Assembly (NCBI RefSeq): GCF_963921235.1
Contig: NC_086097.1
Location: 198,154,001-198,218,000, forward strand
Direction: 5' to 3'
Source: Mobula hypostoma
Lineage: Eukaryota
DNA length: 64,000 bases
Shown: positions 13,401 through 27,524 of the stretch, piece by piece
How positions within the stretch are numbered: the first letter of the stretch is position 1
How the letters are laid out: every line of letters begins with the position of its first letter
The notes under the pieces: model-generated
Databases searched by the model: none
Told to the model about the DNA's origin: nothing
The model's input: only the letters and a program-made list of their open reading frames with translations
Program-made: the position numbers and the translations under genes

Positions 13401-14700
13401 ATAATTTTTCAACCAGTACTTGTGTGGGAGAGCGTTTACCCACATTACTGATCATCAACCATTAGTCCATTTTCAATCCACAAAAGGATGTTCCACTAAC
13501 AGTAGCACCATGAATGCAGAGATGGGCTCTGTTTTTGGAGACCACAATTACAAGGATTCAAGAGGGCGACTGGTCGTGGAAATGCTGATGGAGCATGTCT
13601 AAAGTTTACCCTTGGAAAAGGAAATGCCTGAAAAGTTTATAAAAGATGACATTCTTCTTGACGTATTTTCCACAATGCAAATTGAAAGTCTCCCTATTAT
13701 GGCAGAAATGATCCAAAGGGAAACCAGAAAAGACCACGTACTGTCTCAGGCCTACATTTCCACCCAAAAAAGGCTGGAAAGTGCAGCAGAAACTCCAGTT
13801 TCCACCAGCTAGCCCTTGTTCATTTTATGAACTTGCCCTTAACAAAGGTTGCCTTTTGTGGGGATTGAGAGTTGAATGGATTAAGAGATATTACGTCTGT
13901 ACTGTACCACCCAGCTACAAGTGGCTTGGCGGAAAGATTTGTCTAGAGTCTAAGTAATGCACGGCAAGTAATGTCAGCAGAACACACTACACTAACACTG
14001 AATCAGAAGCTCACCAATTTCCTCTTTGTAATTTGAAATGCAACACACCCCACTATCAACAACCCGCCAGCTATGCTGTTCCTAGGTCGGACCTTGCCCT
14101 CATGCTTATGCCTCCTGAAATGCAGTCTCAGGAGTATGCAGGACAAATAGCTGAGACAAACTGAGGACTCCTCAAACACGAAGGTTTGATGTTTCACTCC
14201 TAGACAAGCAATCCTCATGAGGGAGAGGTGACCAAAACTAGCTGGAATGATTAAGGGCAAAACTGGACCACTCGTCTAAACGGTGGAGATTGCATCTGAT
14301 ATAAATGGAGGTGACACATCAATCACTTGAGGAGAGCAGAGTCAGTTGTTCGAGAAGAAAGGTTTCCAGATCTGTCAGAAGCACTTCCTGAGTCCCAGAA
14401 TCAACTCCAACAACCACCACAGAGGAGGCCCTGCACTTGACCATATATAATGTGAGTAGCATTCTATATTGAGATGGAGTTTATAGCTAAGCAGGAAGGG
14501 GTGTTGTGCATTTAATATTTCTGTAGTATTTGAGCAATTAGTGAATGTATTGTTTGATTATGCATTGTTTGTTTTTATGTAATGCATTGCGGTTTTTATG
14601 TAAAAGTATGTGAATGGCATACGCCAAAACATCATAAGTACATGAATCACTGAAGTAAAAATTGAAATAAAGACATGCATCTCCTGGCTTTGTGTTTTTC
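10410..14700 (+). mobile_element. Gypsy LTR retrotransposon B (Mag-like), decayed, integrase partly deleted
   Basis: 5' LTR 10410-10657 (TGTTG...TAACA) followed by a degenerate PBS (TGGCAATGAAG). Gag shows LNEALRDCLVCGI and twin Zn-knuckle remnants; pol shows VDQYPL, FRKVDLNEAYLQ and ITDHQPL. PPT AAGCAGGAAGGGG precedes a truncated 3' LTR from 14502. Confidence 0.9.
12755..12981 (+). mobile_element. Solo LTR (227 bp) nested in the Gypsy B RT region
   Basis: TG...CA termini, perfect 5-bp TSD CGTAC (12750-12754, 12982-12986), internal AATAAA. The host pol sequence is continuous when the insert is removed. Confidence 0.85.
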
Positions 14701-15306
14701 AAAGCTTCAAAGTTTAAAATGCAGCACAATCATCAACCCCCAAATCCCACCTCCCCGCAAAAAAAAACAAACAAAAATGGAACAGGCACCTCAATCCCCA
14801 AATCCCTCCTCTTGCACAAAGAATGTGCAAAACGGATCAGGCATATCAACCTGATTTCTTTCAATTGGAATCACAAAACATGACAGAATCATTGTAAATG
14901 GTCTGTGCAAGGTGGTAATGGCACCATCAGAACAAATTACACTTAAAGCAATCAGAACATTTTTCCTATCAATAATCTGGGTAAAAACATACAAATTATT
15001 TCGTTATTAACCAATAGAAGAAAAGAATTCATATATGACATTGTGATACCTATGTTTGATTGCAAAGAGCATCTTTAAGAAAAGTGTTAACCATGAAGTA
15101 CGATTTCTGAAACAGTTTTGGAACAATCACTGCTGTTAGTTAAGAGCTGATTGCTTAATAATGGTGCCACTGTAGTGCAGCGGTTAGTGTGTAGCGCAAT
15201 GCTATTACAACTCAGGTGCTGGAATTTGGAGTTCAATTCTGGTATCCTCAGTAAGAAATTTAGACATCCTCCTCATGGAATACATGGGTTTCCCTGGTTT
15301 TCTGGA

Positions 15307-18300
15307 CTATAAGACCATAAGATATAGGAGCAGAGTTAGGCTATTTGACCTATCGAGTCTGCTCCACCACTTCATCATGGCTGATCTAATTTCCTTCTCA
15401 GCCCCAATCTCCTACCTTCTCCCCATATCCCTTCATGCCCTGACCAATCAAGGATATATCAACCTCTGCCTTAAATATACATAAAGACTTGTCCGTCACT
15501 GCTGCCTGTGACAAAGAATTCCACTGATTCACCACTCTCTGACCAAAGAAATTCCTCCTCATCTCTGTTCTAAAAGGACACCCCTCTATTTTGAGGCTGT
15601 CCCCTCTGGTTTTAGACTCTCCCATCATGGAAACCATCCTCTCCGCATCCACTCTATCAAGACCTTTTACCATTTGATAGCTTTCAAACAGGTCACTCTT
15701 CAGTATTCTGAATTCCAGTGAGTATAAGCCCAGAGCCATCAAACACTCTTCATATGACAGGTCATTCAATCCTGGAATCATTTTCATGAATCTCCTTTGA
15801 ATACTCTCCAGTTTGAACACATCCTTTCAAAGATGAGGGGCCCAAAACTGCTCACAAAACTCCAGCGAGACCTCACCAGTGTTTTATAAAGTCTCAACAT
15901 TACATCCTTGCTTTTAAATTCTAGTCTTCTTGAAATTAATGCTAACATTGCATTTGCCTTCTTCACCACTGAGTAAACTTGCAAATTAATCTTTAGGGAA
16001 TCCTGCACAAGGACTCCCAAGTCCCCTTGTACCTCAGTTTTTTTTGTATTTTCTCTCTATTTAGAAAATAGTCAACCCTTTCATTTCTTCTACCGAAGTG
16101 CATGACCATATATTTACCAACATTGTATTCCATCGGCCATTTCTTTGCTCATTTTCCTAATTGATCTAAGTCCTTCTGTGGCCTCTTTACTTCCTGAAAA
16201 CCACTGCCTACCCCCCCCCCCCACTATCTTCATATCATCTGCAAACATTGCAACAAAGCCATCAATTCCATCTTTCAAATTATTGACATATGATGATACA
16301 AGAATTGGTTCCTACACAGACTCCTGTGGAGCGCCATTAGTCCCTGGCAGCCAACCAGAAAAGGCTTCCTTAATTCCCAGTCTGCCAATCAGCCACTGTT
16401 TTAACTGTGTTAGTATCTTTCCTGTAGTACCATGGTCTCTTAACTTATTAAGCAGCCTTATGTGTGGCACCTTGTCAAGGACCTTCTGAAAATCCAGGTA
16501 CACAATATCAACTGATTCTCCTTTGTCTATCTTGCTTGTTATTTCTTCAAAGAATTCTAACAGATTTGTCGGGCAAGATTTTTCCTTGAGGAAAGCATGC
16601 TGACTATGGCCTATTCTATTATGTCCCTCAAAGTACCCTGAGACCTCATCCTTAATAATCGACTCTAATATCTTTCCAATCACTGAGGTCATTCTTAATG
16701 ACTTCTCTCAATGACTTTTGTAGTTGCCTTCTATTGGTTTCTAAACCATCCCAATCCTCTAACTTCCCACTAATTTTTGATCTATTCTGTAACTTCTCTT
16801 CAGCTTTTATGTTGATTTTGCCTTCTCTTGTTAGCCACGGTTGCCTTTTGAACACTTTTTCCTCTTTGGGATATATATATTCTGTGCCTTTTGAATTGCT
16901 TCCAGAATATAACTGGCCTATAGTTTCCTTTCTTCTGCCCCTCTCCCTTCTTGGACTGACATCTGCAATTTTCCAGTCTTCCAGAACCATCCAGAATCTA
17001 GTGATTCTTGAAATATCATTACTAAGGCCTCCACAATCTTTTCAGCCACCTCTTTCAGAACCTTTGGATGTAAACTCTCTGGTCCAGGTGACTTATCTAT
17101 CCTCTGACCTTTCAGTTTCCCAAGAACCTTTTCTCCAGCAATGGTAACTTCGCATACTTCATGACTTCCAACACTTGGAACTTCCGCCATACTGCAGGTG
17201 CTTTCCCCAGTGAAGACTGATGCAAAATACTTATTCTGTTCATCAGCCAATTTTCGTCCCTATTACTTCCTCTCCAGCATTGTTTTCCAGCAGTCTAATA
17301 TCCACTCTCTCCTCTCTTTTACACTTCATGTATCTACAGAAACCTTTCGTATACTCCTTAATGTTATTGGCCAGCTTACTTTCAGATTCCATCTTCACCT
17401 TCATAATGACTTCTGTAGTTGCCTTCTGTTGGTTTCTAAACCATCCCAATCCTCTAATTTCCCACTAATTTTTGAGCTATTATGTAACCTTTCTTCAGCT
17501 TTTATGTTGGTTTTGCCTTCTCTTGTTAGCCACGGTTGTGTCATCTTGCCTTTCAAACACGCTTTCCTCTTTGGGATATATATATTCTGTGCCTTCTGAA
17601 TTGCTTCCAGAAATTTCAGCCTTTGCTGCTCTGCTATCATCCCTGCCAGTGTTTTTTTTTTCCAGACAATTCCTCCCTACTCCTCTCTTATACCTCTGTA
17701 ATTCCCTTTACTTCCTAATTCTGATACATTTGACAGGAGCTTCTACTTCTCAAACTGCAGGGGTAACTCAATCATATTATGATTACTTGTCCCAAAGGGT
17801 TCTTCTACTTTAAGCTCTTTAATCAGTTCTGGTTCATTGCACAACACCCACTCCAGAATAGCTGATCTCCTAGTGGGCTCAACCATGAGCCGCTCAAAAA
17901 AACTATCTCACAGGCACTCTAGAAATTCCCCCTCCTGGACTCCAGCACCAACCTGATAATTCCAAATCTACCTGCATACTGAAATCCCCCATGTCTACAG
18001 TAACATTGCCCTTTTGGCATGCATTTTCTATCTCCTATTGTAACTTGCAGACCACATCCTTACTATTGTTTTTTTTTGGGGGGGAGGGTGTCTGTATACA
18101 ACTCCCATCACGGTCTTTTTACTCTATCCACAATGATTCAACACCTTCCAACCCTATGTCACCTCTTTCTAATTATTTGATATCATTTTCACCAACAGAA
18201 TAATGACACCACCTCTGTCCTCCTGCCTGTCCTTTTGATACAACGTGTTCCCAGCTATAACCTTCTTTCAGCCATGATTCAGTGATGCCTGCAACATCAT

Positions 18301-20100
18301 ACATGCCTATCTGTAACTATGCTGGAAGTTCATCTACCTTATTCCATACAACGCATGCATTCAAACATAACACCTTCAGTTCTGTATTCACCCTTTTCAA
18401 TTTTGTCCACCCTTTAAGTTGCAACTCATCCTGTTAACTGCAATTTTGCCCTATCAACTCTAGCTTAAACCCAACCATGCAGCATTAACAAACCTTTCTG
18501 CTAGGATATTAGTCCCCCTCCAGTTCAGGTGCAAGCCGTTGCTTCTGTAGAGGTCCCACTTTCCCTGGAAGAGAGCCCAATGATCCAAAATCTTAGGCTT
18601 TCCCTCCCACACCAACTCCTTAGCCACATATTAAACTGCATAATCTTCCTAGATCTGGCAGCTTTGGGCATGTACTCACTGGAATTTAGAAGAATGCGGG
18701 GGGATCTCATTGAAACCTACCGAATGTTGAAAGGACTAGCTCGGGTGGATGTGGAGACGATGTTTCCTGTGGTGGGGGTATCCAGATCTGAAGGACCCAG
18801 CTTAAGAACAGAGGTAAGGAGGATTTTTTTTAGCCAAAGAGTAGTAAATCTGTGGAAAGTTGTGCCACAGACTGCAGTGGAGACCAAGTCCGTCGGTATA
18901 TTTAAGGTGGAAGTTGATCGCTTCTTGATCAGTCAGGGCATCAAAGAATATGGCGAGAAGGCAGGTGTATGGGGGTTGAATGGGATCTGGGATCAGCCAT
19001 AATGGAATGGTGGAGCAGGCTTGATAGGCTGATGGCCTAGTTCTGTTCCTATGTCTTTTGGTCTTATGGCCTTACTGGCACATGGCAGGGGTAGCAATTC
19101 TGAGAGCACAACCCCAGAGCTCCTGCCCATTAATTTAGCACCTACCTCCCTATTCAAATCCTTGTCACTCGTTCTACCCATGGCATTGGTACCTACATGA
19201 ACCACGACTTCTGGCTGTTCACTCTCCCACTAAAGAATGCTGAGGATTTGATCCGAATATCCCAGACCCTGGCGTCTGCGACACAACATACCATCCAGGA
19301 ATCTTGTTCTTGCCCACAGAACCTCTTGTTTTATCCTCTAACTAACAAATCCCTATCACCACCACATGCCTCTTCTCCCCTCTTCTCTTTTAAGACACAG
19401 AGCCAGACTCAGTGCTAGAGACCTGATCACTGTGACATTCCTCTGTTAGGTCAACCCTTCCCACAGTATCTAAAGTGATATCCCTTTTGTGGAGGGGGTT
19501 AGCCACAGGGATACTCTGCACTGGCTCCTTAACCTCTTTCCCCTTCCTTCCTGGCTGTCACCCAGTTTCCTGTGTCCTACACCTTGTGTGTAACTACCTC
19601 TCTATATGTCCTATCTGTCACCCGTTCAGCCTCCCGAATGATCCAAAGCTCATCCAGTTCCATCTCCAACTCCTTGATGCAGATTGTTAGAAGCTGAAGC
19701 TGGATGCACTTCTCGCAGTTGTAGTGGTCAGGGACACTGGATGTCTCCCTGCTTTTCAAATCCCGCAAGAGGAGCATTTCACTGTGCTGCCTGGCATCTC
19801 TACTGCCCTAGCTGAGCAGGTATAAAGAAGGGAAGGAAAAGTACTTAACCTCAAGTTTTTCTTTTCTTTTGCTTTCTCTGACTGAAGCCTCAAGATCACC
19901 ACTCTGACTCTGTCCAGTCCAACGACAGCCACTGCGACGATGGCCACTGCACTTGCCTCTGTTCTTGCAATGAATCGCTAATGAGGATTGGTCGTTGGTC
20001 AAAGCTCTTTTTTGCTGTAGTGACCAGCTTCTCCCTTTCCTACTCAGGCAGTGGACCTGAGTGAAATCCCCTCCTCTCAAAACTTCCGAGGTCAACATTC
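15307..20100 (-). mobile_element. Near full-length decayed CR1 LINE (ORF1 + ORF2)
   Basis: ORF1 has a zinc finger (VKCSSC...YNCEKCIQLQLL) and an esterase-like VHVGTN motif. ORF2 has NKYFASVFT, KSPGP, LLEFFEEIT and LYKTLVR. Octamer-type tail at about 15307-15325. Confidence 0.92.
18657..19070 (+). mobile_element. CR1 3' fragment inserted antisense into ORF1 of the long CR1
   Basis: ALGMYSLEFRRMRGDLIETYRMLKG...FFSQRVVNLW, with tail TCTTTTGGTCTTATGG; the host sequence resumes at 19071. Confidence 0.85.
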
Positions 20101-20559
20101 TTTTTTCTTCCAAAGTCCAAAGACTTACTGGTCAGTAGGTTAATAGGTCATTGTATATTGTCCTGTAATTAGGCTAGGATTAAATCAGGGGTGACTCAGC
20201 AGCATGGCTTGAAAGGCCAGAAGGACCTGTTCTGTGCTGTGTCCCTAAATAAATAAATAAAATCATGTTGATAGCTTATCCTGTTACTTGCTTTACTTAT
20301 CAGCAATACAATAGACGCTTATAGGCTCTACATTGGCAGCAATCATAAAAGTACTCCAGTTCTGCCAGCTCTCCACTAGATCATATCACTTGCTCCACTC
20401 CCTCACCCTTTTACCGAAGCCTTGCAATTTTTTAAATAAATGTATCCAATTTCCTTTGGCAGGCCACACTGGAGCCCTCTTCGATCAATTCTGCAGGCAC
20501 TGTATTCTAAATTACAAATATATGCTGCATAAACCTTGTTTTATCTCAATGTTATTAAT

Positions 20560-21260
20560 TCTGGTGAGAATCCATCTGGAATATTGTGTTAGGAAGGTTA
20601 TACTAGCTCCACAGTGAGAACTGTAAAGTTTAACCAGATTACTTTGCGTTTGTCATAAGAAAGGAAATAACTTAGGTCATGCTTCAAGTTCGGAGGAAAG
20701 AGATGAAATTTTATTGTGGTATGCAAAATCTTCAAAGGACTTGACCAAGAAAAATGCACATTAATATTCCCTCCATAGGTTCATTGAACTGGAGGTCACA
20801 TTCTCAAAATAAGGGCCAGCTATTTTAGGCAGAACAATTTTTTCATTCAGAGGATAATGAATTGTCTAATACCAGGGGGCATGCATTTAAGTTGTGAGGG
20901 GATAAGTTCAAAGGAGATGCGAAGAGCATTTCTTTTTGACATAGAGAGCGGTGGATGCCGGGAATGCATCGCCTGAGGTGGTGGTAGAGGCAGAGAGATT
21001 AGAGACATAAGAGACGTTCAGATAGGCACATGAATGTATGGGAAATGGAAGGACATGGACATTGTGTAGGCAGAAGGATTTAGTTTAGTTGTCCAATGAT
21101 TACTAACTTAGTTGTTTCGGCACAACATAGTGAGTTGAAGGGTGTGTTCCTGTGCCACACTGTTCTATGTTCCATGCTGTATGTTTTGGAATTCCCTACC
21201 AATGTGGCAGAAGAGGCTCAGGAGTTGCATATATCCATGCTAGATATTTTCACATATGAC
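20560..21260 (+). mobile_element. Nested old CR1 3' fragments
   Basis: LVRIHLEYCV remnant plus a second CR1 3' end at about 20866-21180 with TTCTATG tail. Confidence 0.65.
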
Positions 21261-21299
21261 TAGGAAGAGTCTATTTGTGTATGTTTTGGTTTCAGAATA

Positions 21300-21702
21300 T
21301 TCTCAGCTGTTATATTCCCCCATTTATTTCTCTAATATACATTCTCTACATGTCTATCAATTCCCCATGGATTCTCCTGCACCCACCTACACCAGAGGTA
21401 GTTTATTGTTGTCAAGCAACCTACCAGCACATTTTTGGGATTTTGTAGGAAACCATAGGAGAGTGTGCATACTCCACATAAGCTACTCTTGAGGTCAGGA
21501 GCTAACTCAAAGATTTGTCGAGTCAGCACTAGATTTGTACCACTGTACCCGGAAATGAATTATGGAATATAGAATAAATGCAGGAAAATAGAGGGCTATG
21601 TGGTGAAGTAATTCTAGGCAGTTTCCAGAGTAGGTTACATGGTCAGCATAACATTGTGGGCCGAAGGGCCTGTAATGTGCTGTAGAATTCTACGTTCTAT
21701 GA
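21300..21702. mobile_element. Decayed SINE (-, about 21300-21550) followed by a CR1 3' tail (+, about 21570-21702)
   Basis: SINE core GGGATTTTGTAGGAAACC...ACTCCACA; the tail matches 24400-24516. Confidence 0.6.
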
Positions 21703-23282
21703 AAATGGAACCAAGATAGTGCTACTACTTAATGAACTAACACAAATGGCCAATTCTAATAAAAACTGAAAAGGCAAGTTATATTAATGTGATTAACTTA
21801 TTTTTTGAGTCTCATGGTCTGTATTGTGCCAGAACTGGCATTTGCCAATGTAAAGTCATTTAACCTCTAACGCTAATGCAGTTTTCTTTCTCTCCAGATG
21901 CTGCCTTTCCTCCTGGACTTTTCCAGCATTGTCTTTCATTTCAGATTTCCAGCTGTTGCTGTCTTCTGTTCCTCATTGCTTCTCTTCCTTTTCTCTGTTC
22001 TCTCCCTATCCACACCTCCTCCATCATCACTGGCTACATCATCTTCTCTCAATCAACATCAATCCATTCATTCATTTTCACTTTATCTTGTTCCTATTAC
22101 AAATACTCTCTTTGTTCTCTCATCTCTTCTTCTTTATGCCTGTTTTGAACTTTTCCTATTTCAGATGAACTGTTATTAACCAGAAATGTTAACTTTATTT
22201 TTCTTTTCATGGATTCCCCTTTAAAGGAGTTGTGGCTATTCAGTAGGATGCTTTGTTTAATATTGGCAATCTTGGATCCAAGGTGAATTTTAACTACCCG
22301 ATTGTTATCAGTGGAAATGTGACAATGCTCTCTGCCTGCAAAATCCAGGTCACTTTGCCTTTCTTGGTCCAGGACATGGCCCTTGAATATCAAATGCTTA
22401 GATCAGAGAGAAATATAACATAAAGACATCTTATGAGGGATAATTTATTAAGTAATTAATACAGGACTGTTTGCTGCCTTATAGCAGTTTTGAGGAATGT
22501 TGTGAAATAGATAAAAATTCAATGTAAACATTTTACTGTTCCATGTATATAACAACAGCAACTGGCTTCTGCTTTGGTGTTGTGCCTTCTGCAAAACAAC
22601 AGGATTTCAGAATCCAGGTTCATGAAAGGGATTTCATTTTTACAATGTCAAGTAATATTTTTGAATGATTATATAGTGAGCAGCAAAGGCAAAATTTTTC
22701 TGACAGAGAATGTGGGGTGGATTAAGAGGAGGCATAATTGATAATGAAAATGAACTTCATGCAACAAAAGGAGGACAACTTAGACAGAACTAAATCTTGT
22801 CAATCAAATGTGAAAACATCATTATTTATGGTTTGTTAGCAGCTGAACTGTCTTCATTAGGACTAAGGTAAACATCCCCAAGATTTCTACCAGCTGGCTT
22901 TCGCTTTTCAGGGAGCTGACTCATACATCACTGTGGTTATCAGAATGTAGAAAATAGAAATCAACTATTTTAAGTGGCTGCAAAGAACAAGCTTTGTCTG
23001 CTGACAAAGTCTGGCAACAATGTTCCTAGCTGAAGTAAAGACAATCAGAGAGCGATCACTCCTAGAATTAGAGGATTAGCTGGCTCTGATAACTACAGAT
23101 ATGGAGGTCTGATTATTGTCCTGCTGCATCAGTGGTGACAAGTAGAGGATTAGGAAATGAAGTGCAATTCAGTTTTGCTCTTCTGTGGTCCTACATAAAT
23201 GTCATTACATGGGACTAATAGGACTACATGTACGTACAGCTATCAAATTCTCACAAACCCTCCTTTAATAATTTCAAAAAAT

Positions 23283-23388
23283 ATACACTCATGGGTCATT
23301 TTCGTAGGGACAGGACGTACGTGAATGGTCCTCTGCTGCTGTAGCTCAATCGCTTCAAGTTTTGATGTGTTGTGCATCCAGAGAAGCT
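23283..23388. mobile_element. Tc1-like DNA transposon terminal remnant
   Basis: TA-CACTCA start followed by TGGTCCTCTGCTGCTGTAGC...GTGTTGTGCATCCAGAG, resembling fish Tc1-like termini; recognised from memory only. Confidence 0.45.
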
Positions 23389-23397
23389 GACATGGTT

Positions 23398-24880
23398 TTT
23401 AGGGAATTCTGCATGAGGACTCCAATGTCCCTTTACATCCCTGATTTATGAATTTTCTCCCCATATAGAAAATAGTCTATGACTTTATTCCTTCTTCTAA
23501 AGTGCATGGCCAAACACTTTCCTACACTATATTTCACATACCACTTCTTTGCCCGTTCTCCCAATCTGTCTAAATCCTTCTGCAGATTCCTTGCTTCCTT
23601 AACCCTACCTGTCCCCTCCACCTATCTTTGTATTGTCCACAAACTTGACTACAAAGCCATCAATTTCATATCCAAATTATTTACATACAATGTAAAATGA
23701 AGCAGTGTGAAAACTGACCCGTGTGGAACACTACCAGTCACCGGTAGCCAACTAGGAGGGGTCCCCTTTATTCCCTCTCTTTGCCTCCTCCAGTCAGCCA
23801 GTCTTATATCCATGCTGATATCTTTCCATGGGCTTTTATCAAGTTTTGCAGCCTCATGCGCAGCATCTTGTCAAAGGCATTAAGAAATCCAAGTAAATAA
23901 CATCCACTGACTTTCCTTTGACTATTCTGCCTGTTATTTCCTCAAAGAATTCAAACAGATTTGTTCAACAAGATTTCCCCTTGAGAAAACCATGTTGACT
24001 TCAGCCTTTTTTATCATGTATCTCCAAGTACCCTGAAACGTCATTCTTATAATGCACTCCGAAATTTTCCAGCCACTGAAGTTAGGCTAACTGGCCTATA
24101 AATTCCTATCTTTGCCTCCCTCCCTTCTTTAAAAGTGGAGTGACACTTGCAATTTCCCAGTCCTCTAGAGCCACTTTAGAATTTATTGACATTTGAAAAT
24201 TCACTACTAATTCATCCATAAAGGGCTGAAATGAGGAGGCATAGTTTTAAGGTGCTTGGAAGTAGGAACAAGAAGGATGTCAGAGGTAAGTTTTTCACAC
24301 AGAGAGTGGTGGGTGCATGGAATGCACTGCCAGCGATGGTGAGAGAGGCGGATACAAAAGGGTCTTTAAGAGACTCTTAGACAGGTACATGGAGGTCAGA
24401 AAAATAGAGGGCTATGCAGTAGGGAAATTCTAGACAGTTTCTAGAGTAGGTTACATGGTTGGCACAACATTGTGGGCTGAAGAGCTTGTAACGTGTTGTA
24501 GATTTCTATGTTTCTATATTCTCTTCAACTATCTCATTCAGAAGCCTTGTATGCAGGCCATCTGGGCCAAGTGACTTATCTGCTTTCAGACCGTTCAGCT
24601 TCCCAAACATCTTCTCTTTAGTAGTAGCAGCTGCATGCATTTCTGCCCTCTGACATTCTCGAATTTCTGACATACTACCTGTTTCTTCCACAGTGAAGAC
24701 TGATGCAAAATACTTATTAAGTTTGTCCACCATTTCTTGTCCCCATTACAACCTCCCTAGCATAGTTTTCGATCAGTCCAACATCCACTCTCACCTCTCT
24801 TTTACTCTTTATATATCTGGAAAAACAACTGTTGGTATCCTCTTTCATATTATTGGCTGGCTTACCTTTCTATTTCATCC
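23398..24880 (-). mobile_element. CR1 ORF2 fragment with a nested + strand CR1 3' end (24222-24516)
   Basis: LNKYFASVFTVEE, KSLGPDGLH and LQKDLDRLGE motifs; the insert ends in a TTCTATG tail. Confidence 0.85.
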
Positions 24881-25169
24881 TTCATCTATCATTTCTGCTA
24901 ATGACCGAATTATAGACAAATCTTAAAGTCAGTAAATCTCACCAACCAAATTAGAATTCCACCACATCAACTGGAGAAGTTATGTTCAAATGACTGGGTG
25001 AACTTGGAGTGAAAAAACTAATGATGATGATGGCAATTAGTTTCTGAATTGTCATGAAACTCAGCTGGTTTACTGATGTCTTTCAGGGAAGAACATCTTT
25101 TGTGGTTCTGGCCTATATGTGACAGCATCTTCACCTGGATGACTATTCAGCTCAGGATGTGGCACGGGG

Positions 25170-25500
25170 AGCAGAGTGCCGTGGTGTTACAGCACTTAGT
25201 GCTGCTGCCTTACAGCAGCAGGGATTTGACTTTGATCCTGAGTTTGTGTGTTGTCCATTTGGAGTTTGCTCATTCTCTTTGTGACTGTGAATGTTCTAAA
25301 TGAACGCTTTGGTTTCCTTCCAAAACCCCAAAACATATTGGTAGATTTATTGATTACTTTAAGTTACTTTAAAGGTGGCAATAGAACCAAAGGAGAGCTG
25401 GTGGTCATATGAGAGAGAATAAGTTACACAGCTGGAGAGAAATGGGAATATTGGAATTATTCTGCTAGGAGACAGCATGGACTCAAGGCACTGAATATAC
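25170..25500 (+). mobile_element. Decayed tRNA-derived SINE
   Basis: Head GTGCTGCTGCCTTACAGC...TTGATCCTG and core GGAGTTTGCTCATTCTC...GGTTTCCTTCC. Confidence 0.6.
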
Positions 25501-27524
25501 ATCTTCTGTGTTATAATAGATAGTTAAGTGTTTACCAAACAAAATGCTGATTAGGAATGAACTGGTCCATTCAATGAAGACTTGGCTCTCCATCATGTTA
25601 TTGGTAGAAAGCTGAAAAATACTGTGTGCAAGGCATCTCTGTGGCTGTGCAAATCCCTTAATTGACATCTCATTCCAATACCCAGCATGATGTGCTCCTA
25701 ATTATTTTCCATTTGAACAGCGAAGGTTGTACATTTCTACCTGAAGTGTCATTTTCTGCCAATTACTAAATATGACATCTTTTAAATTCCCAAAATTATG
25801 TGCCATTGAGATTTCCTGAAAGCACTGTTAATAGTGGAGGAAATGCATATTGTGATGACATAGAACTGGATTAATCGTGCAAATGACTGAGGGCAATAAT
25901 TTGCTGGGCATAGTGCAGCTTGGGCAAGCTTCCTTCAGGCATAAGCATCCTAGAAATGATCACGAGCATGTGTAGAAAATTGCTTTCCGTATGCATTTTC
26001 TTCATTTCGGCTTTTGCGTGGTAGAGTAGCACCCTAGATAATGTTGTTGCCTGAGAGCTCCAACAAGATATCTTGGCATTTGGAGTGGGTTAGTTTTAAT
26101 GGCTTGTGAAAGAAAATAAGCTACAGAGAAATGGATAGCTCTGAGAGTGGGAATGGATAGCTCTGAGAGTTGGCATGGTCTCGATGGGCCTCCTATGCCA
26201 GAAGGAACTATGAATAAAAATAATACAAAATATAAAAAACATACAAATGGACCAATTTCTCTACACGTGTCCCAAAGAGAGCAGCTCTAAGTACATTATG
26301 CTTGGTATTTACATAGAACTAATATGAATCTTTCATCTTAAATATTAATAAAATACATAATATTAGAATATTTTGATCTACCTAAAATAGTTTCTATAAT
26401 CGTGTTCATATTCTTTTCAGTTATCATCAGTTGATAACTTGATAAACTGAAAATTTTGCTGTAAAAGGCAGCATTCTGTTTATTCCCTTAAAGGAAAACT
26501 TAAATTCAATTTCCAGTGGAACTTGGCAATTAGCAGATTTCTTTTATTTGACTGTATCGTTAAGGCAGGAGAAGAGAGAATATCTTTCTCCAAAACATTA
26601 AGTTTAGGCAGTTGAAGAAAAAGCAGAAAGTATTTTATGTTTTTTTTTGTATATTGAATACAAAGTACAAATGCTATATCTGGTAAATTGATCTTGTGTA
26701 ACTGCCCTTCCCATTATTTTCTTGATGGAATTATGAAGTGTGCAATGCATTTCATTTACTCAATGTTTGAATATCTGTTTGGGTAAAAATTGACTCTCAT
26801 TCTGCATCATAAAGCTTGTCTATATTTATGAATCAACATTCCAGGTTTTAAAGATAATAGCACCAACATGGAGTGGTGATATGAAGTGTCTATTACAGAC
26901 ATGTAGAATGGGTATTAAATCAATTCCATCAATGATTCAAGATTAATTAGCTGTTTCATGCTCCCTTGTGAAATGGGATTTGGAATCACTGGGCAACTGT
27001 AGCTGAAGCAATTGCTGGCATCAAACTGTAATTTATTAAAAACTTGGATTTTTGAGACAAATTATTTGTTTCAAGTACCTTTGGAATTAAGGATGATACC
27101 TATCAGCCATTGGTTCCTGTGGCCCTCCCAAATGATCTGCAGGATTTATTTCAAGCACTGCTGGTGGAAACCCACAAGAATATGAATATGGTGTAGGTAG
27201 ACAGGCCTGGATTTGCTGCTGTTGCAATGGCAGGTTAGCATGACAACCCCACAAATGAGAAACATGTGGAAAAATTTCCCTGTTTTGGCAACTACCTCCC
27301 ACATTGGGCTACCATCTGTGAAGACGTCCAGCACTAGGTACACTGCAGAAGTGCTTTCTTCAAGCTGTGGCAACCTGTCTTCAGATGTGGAGGCCTGAAA
27401 GAGAAAAACATGACACCCCCATCATCATTGCCTGTGACTTCTACCAGGTCAACTTCAAGAGAGTATTACCAAGGTATTTACCACAGCATCACCTGTCCCA
27501 ACAAGGGCCTTTATTATTGCTATA

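Larger units (their letters stand above)
15163..20262 (+). mobile_element. tRNA-derived SINE (HE1/V-SINE-like) split by a long CR1
   Basis: tRNA-like head with B-box-like GAGTTCAATTC at 15163-15306. Body and CR1-like tail resume at about 20105-20262 (GTCCAAAGAC...TAAATAAATAAA). Confidence 0.7.

Noticed and set aside
15163..15250. tRNA gene
   Set aside because: Degenerate tRNA-like head without a cloverleaf, followed by a SINE body.
26131..26172. 22-bp tandem duplication ATGGATAGCTCTGAGAGT
   Set aside because: Ordinary slippage duplication inside a decayed repeat tail.
27146..27410. Minus-strand acceptor-like site with an open frame of about 80 codons
   Set aside because: The pyrimidine tract overlaps the edge of a Rex1 fragment, there is no clear donor, and the peptide is not recognisable.
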